A stretch of 64,000 bases of DNA from Eledone cirrhosa (Eukaryota). The DNA is taken from assembly GCA_964016885.1 (NCBI GenBank), contig OZ024751.1:35340001-35404000 (forward strand), read 5' to 3'. Position 1 is the stretch's first letter. Each line of letters starts with the position of its first letter. The notes under the pieces were generated by a model. The model ran no database searches, had not been told where the DNA came from, and saw nothing but the letters and a program-made list of their open reading frames with translations. Shown here in pieces: positions 59,872-64,000 of this stretch. The translations under genes and the position numbers were made by a program.

Positions 59872-60176
59872 GCTGATATACCACACTACCCTACTCTAAT
59901 ATTCTGATATACCACACTACCCTACTGTAATATCCTATAAGCCCTGATATACCGCACTACCCTACTGTAATATTCTGATATACCACACTACCCTACTGTA
60001 ATATCCTATAAGTCCTGATATACCACACTACCATACTGTAATACCCTGATATACCACACTACCCTACTGTAATATCCTATAAGTCCTGATATACCACACT
60101 ACCATACTGTAATACCCTGATATACCACACTACCCTACTGTAATATCCTATAAATCGATATACCATGCTACTCTAC
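59872..60176. repeat. 31/40-bp alternating tandem repeat CTGATATACCACACTACCCTACTGTAATA
   Basis: Direct reading. Confidence 0.9.
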
Positions 60177-61594
60177 TTTTGATAAAATAGATCATCTAGG
60201 TCCCAGACCTCATCAAATTGGAATAAGGAAACAGTTTTTCATTGGTCTTTCCAATTGCTAATACTATCGACTGATTGCAACATGAAAGGAAGTGTTTTGC
60301 TCAAGGACATAAGCCTCACCCAGTTGATATCTTCCTCCCTACCTCTCTCACACAGTGTTGACAAGACATATCATCCTTCAAGTCAGTTGTATGGTAACAG
60401 CTATCTATAACTATCTACCTGTATATTTATCTTTGGACAGTAAAAACAACAGCTATCTATCTATCTATCTACCTCCCTACCCACAGCTAATAATGTATTT
60501 TTATCAATGTATCTATATTCAGACAACAACAGCCACAGTTCGAAGACAGATGCAAGTCATCATAATTTAGTGGATATATGTTTAACAATAATTAATTTAA
60601 TGTAAAATGAAATATGGTGACGAGAGAAACGAGAGGGGGAAGATCAAGGACAATATCTTTACAGAGAATGTTGTAATCAAGGAATTATATATTTTTACTA
60701 TAAACCCTGTCATTCTTGACAGGTACTATGTTAGTAAGTATACACACACACACACCCATGTATATATGTATATATATATTATATATATGTGTGTGTGTAT
60801 GTCAACAAAAAGCACGCAGTCCACACTGTAAAGTGGTCACGTAGGTGTCACGACAAAAAGTACCCAGTCCACACCGTAAAGTGGTTGTGTAGGTGCCATG
60901 ATAAAAAGCACCCACCATACACAGTAAATGTTGTTGGCATTAGGAAGGGCATCCAACCATAGAAACCAAACTAAAATCAGTTCTGTATAAGCAAGACACG
61001 GTCATTTGACATGGCTTGTCTCCCAACGGGACAACTCGTCTAACCCATACTAGTGTGGAGAATAGACATTAAATGGTGATGATGATGATGATATATCCCT
61101 TTACCCTACTATGATTGTTATCAAAGGGTAACTATATTGTCTTTGTTAATTTATCTATTTCAGATAACATTAAGTTCAAAAATATTTGTTTAACCTTTTA
61201 GCCTTTACATTACTTTATATATAATCTTGTATTTTCGTGGTAAAGGCTTTATCTCACATTAAATCAAATTTATGAGATTTTGATGTTATTTATTTTGAAA
61301 ACAACATCAGTATGAATGGCCAGTTACTGGTGAGAGAATTCTGGCTGGATACAGCCAGTTTGAATGCTAAAGGGTTAAATTTAATACCTATATTTACTTC
61401 TTATTATCTTAAAAACATGGAAGGGTCATTTTAGCCATTGAAAAACAGACAAAAACAGTTAAATTCACTTTACAAGTATCATATATTGCTTGGTGCCAAC
61501 ATTTTCATTGCACAGTTGCACATAACATCAGAAAATAGAAGATAAATGTAGAGTAAATTTAACAGTTTTAGTGTATGTGTGTTTTAATGGCTAC

Positions 61595-61945
61595 ACAGTC
61601 ACAGATCAAGTCACTTGCCAGACATGTACTACTGTGGTTAAAATGACTCTCCCATTATGTAATTGTTTTAGTTTCAACAGTCTCAGATCAAGTCACTTGC
61701 CAGATAAGTACAACTGTGGCTAAAATGACTCTTTCATGATGTAATTGCTAGGCATGACTCTTTCTTTAGTTTCAACACAGTTTCAGATCAACACACTTAC
61801 CAAACAAGTACAACTGTGGCTAAAATGACTCTTTCTTTGGTTTCAACAGTTACAGATCAAGTTATTTGCTAGACATGTACAACTGTAGCAAAAATTATTC
61901 TGTTTCAACACAATCACAGATCAACTCACTTGCCAGGCATGTATA
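61595..61945. repeat. Diverged tandem repeat CAGATCAAGTCACTTGCCAGACATGTAC..GGCTAAAATGACTCT
   Basis: About 5 diverged copies. Confidence 0.8.
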
Positions 61946-63357
61946 GCTCTCAACTGGTTAATGTGGCAATTGTTGAATAAACTCAATAAAAGGTGCTGTT
62001 TATTGTTACAAGTCATTCATACATTATCAAAGGCCTGAACATGATACTGCATTAATTCATTCGAGCCAGAAATAGGACGAGGGGTTGGGGGGCTCTAAGA
62101 ACCTGTTTGACAAACTAGAAACAGCAGCCAAACTTCCTTCAAATCGTACCCAATACTTAAAAAATACATATTAGATAATTTAGTCCGGGGGTCTATTTCC
62201 AGGGGAAGAAAATAAAACGGATGGCTATATTTTAAATGTTTTTTTTTAGATAATCATTATGATAGAGTTGGTCAATAAGGTCGATTGATCAGGTGATCGA
62301 TTTGGGTCGATTATTTTTGTAGATCAACGACATATAAAAACATCAGCTATTATTATTATTATAACTAATAAAGAAATTATTACTATTATTTATAATGTCA
62401 CTTTTTATATTTTCATCATATTACGATAGAAAATACCCCCGAAAATACAACTGTAAAACCCAGAATACCAGAATAGGAACATCATTAATAACCAGAATAC
62501 AATAACAGAAACATCATTGAGGTGTCTAAATAAACAATAATACTTGAAATATGTTTATTATTTAATAATATTTCAATGTGTAATTGTATAAAATATCTAT
62601 TTAACAAAGATAGTATTGTTTGGTCAAATATAGTAATGACTGCTCTATAACGAATTATTGTTGAGGCGGCGACGAAATCAGAAATCCTGTATAAGTCTGG
62701 TAAAACCACTACTCTATTAAATTAAACAATAATATCTTTATTAAATATATATATTTTACACAAATACGGATTTTATGGTTAAAACAAAACCCAAAAAAAA
62801 ACAACAATTAATTATAAATATAATTGAAACAATTTATAGTACTTGAGTATTCTGTTGTATTCTGTTATTCATAACATTCGTGTATTCTAAACTGTTAATC
62901 TCTTATTCTGTATATTGAGTTTACGCCCGAAATCTGAAGGTTTGCCACAGATATTACATAATTATGGTTATAATAAAGAAATAAACGTTAATTAAATGAT
63001 TTAATTAAATAATGAACTGTTCTGTTTATGATTTATGATCAAAAGAAAGGCAACAGACAAACAAATTAACCTTTTATTTAGTTTTAGTTTTGATAATTGT
63101 GCAAATGAATGATTTCAGACGTAAGATGATATAGTTTGACAAGTCAATTGTTACTGACTAATCAGAAAATATACGAAAACTATTTAACAAAGGACAAAAA
63201 AATACATGACAAAAAGACGACATGCGGAAGAGAAAATACATCCTAATATCAGAATAATGACTAAGAATTATATAAAAACCGAGAAAAATACAAACAAATA
63301 TAGATCTAATAATTTTAGGTGGTTTTAAATAACTATTAAAATAGATAAAAGAACACA

Positions 63358-63410
<53 letters not shown>

Positions 63411-64000
63411 ATGTTTTTTTACACACACACCCATATATATATATATATATATATATATATGGGTGTGTGTGTAAAAAAACATCAACAAAGAAGCTGTTGT
63501 GACAAGAATAACAAGTGAAGGTGGGTCAGTGATATAATCAAGTACAAAAGACACTTTCTGTCTGTTTTACAGAGATTTGACAAATCGGTAATGGTGAAAT
63601 TATATTTGATAATTGTAGAAGACTTAAAGGGGAAAGATAAATAAGTAAATCGTAAATATATATTTAAATAAGCCTATTTCTTTATTAAAGAGGAGAAAAG
63701 AAATCGTTTTTGATAATCTGAACACATTTCAACTCGTTTAATTATAAAAACAACAAAATATATTAATAAGAAAAAAAGAGGCGTTACTGCCTCATTATCT
63801 TTCGTAATAATAAGGTTAAGAAGGAAAGTGGATATTATGACAGATTAGATAGTAGAAACAATCTTGGAAAATAAGATTTTTCTTGACAATTTTAACGAGT
63901 TTCGTCTAAAATCGAAGTCAAAATATTTCCACATTTTTTATTTCTAAACACACTGACCAGAAATTAAGGTAAAATTAGAAAAATGTATATATTGTTTATA

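Noticed and set aside
59230-64000. First coding exon of MTMR10
   Set aside because: No convincing ATG-containing phase-0 exon could be identified; it may be very short or lie beyond the window.

Overview
This is AT-rich eukaryotic (animal) genomic DNA. The SINE/LINE repertoire and microsatellite load suggest an octopod cephalopod (inference). Most long ORFs in the track are microsatellite artefacts. Three spliced protein-coding genes were rebuilt by hand with phase-consistent GT-AG junctions: a SAM-like/SAMD3-like gene (minus, ~9700-1052), PUS7 pseudouridine synthase (plus, 18083-25395, 17 coding exons) and an MTMR10/11/12-type pseudophosphatase (minus, at least 14 exons, 59226-25677, with a 21-kb intron). 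PUS7 and MTMR converge tail to tail. Repeats include CR1 and RTE LINE fragments, two tRNA-derived SINE families, mariner MITEs plus a transposase remnant, and many mini- and microsatellites. The most notable signal is a set of short Penelope-like (PLE) insertions that sit in (TA)n tracts and form fold-back palindromes with a fixed asymmetric tail. They carry hammerhead ribozyme cores of five to six sequence types, and one keeps a GIY-YIG endonuclease ORF. All structures were read by eye; no folding or database searches were run.
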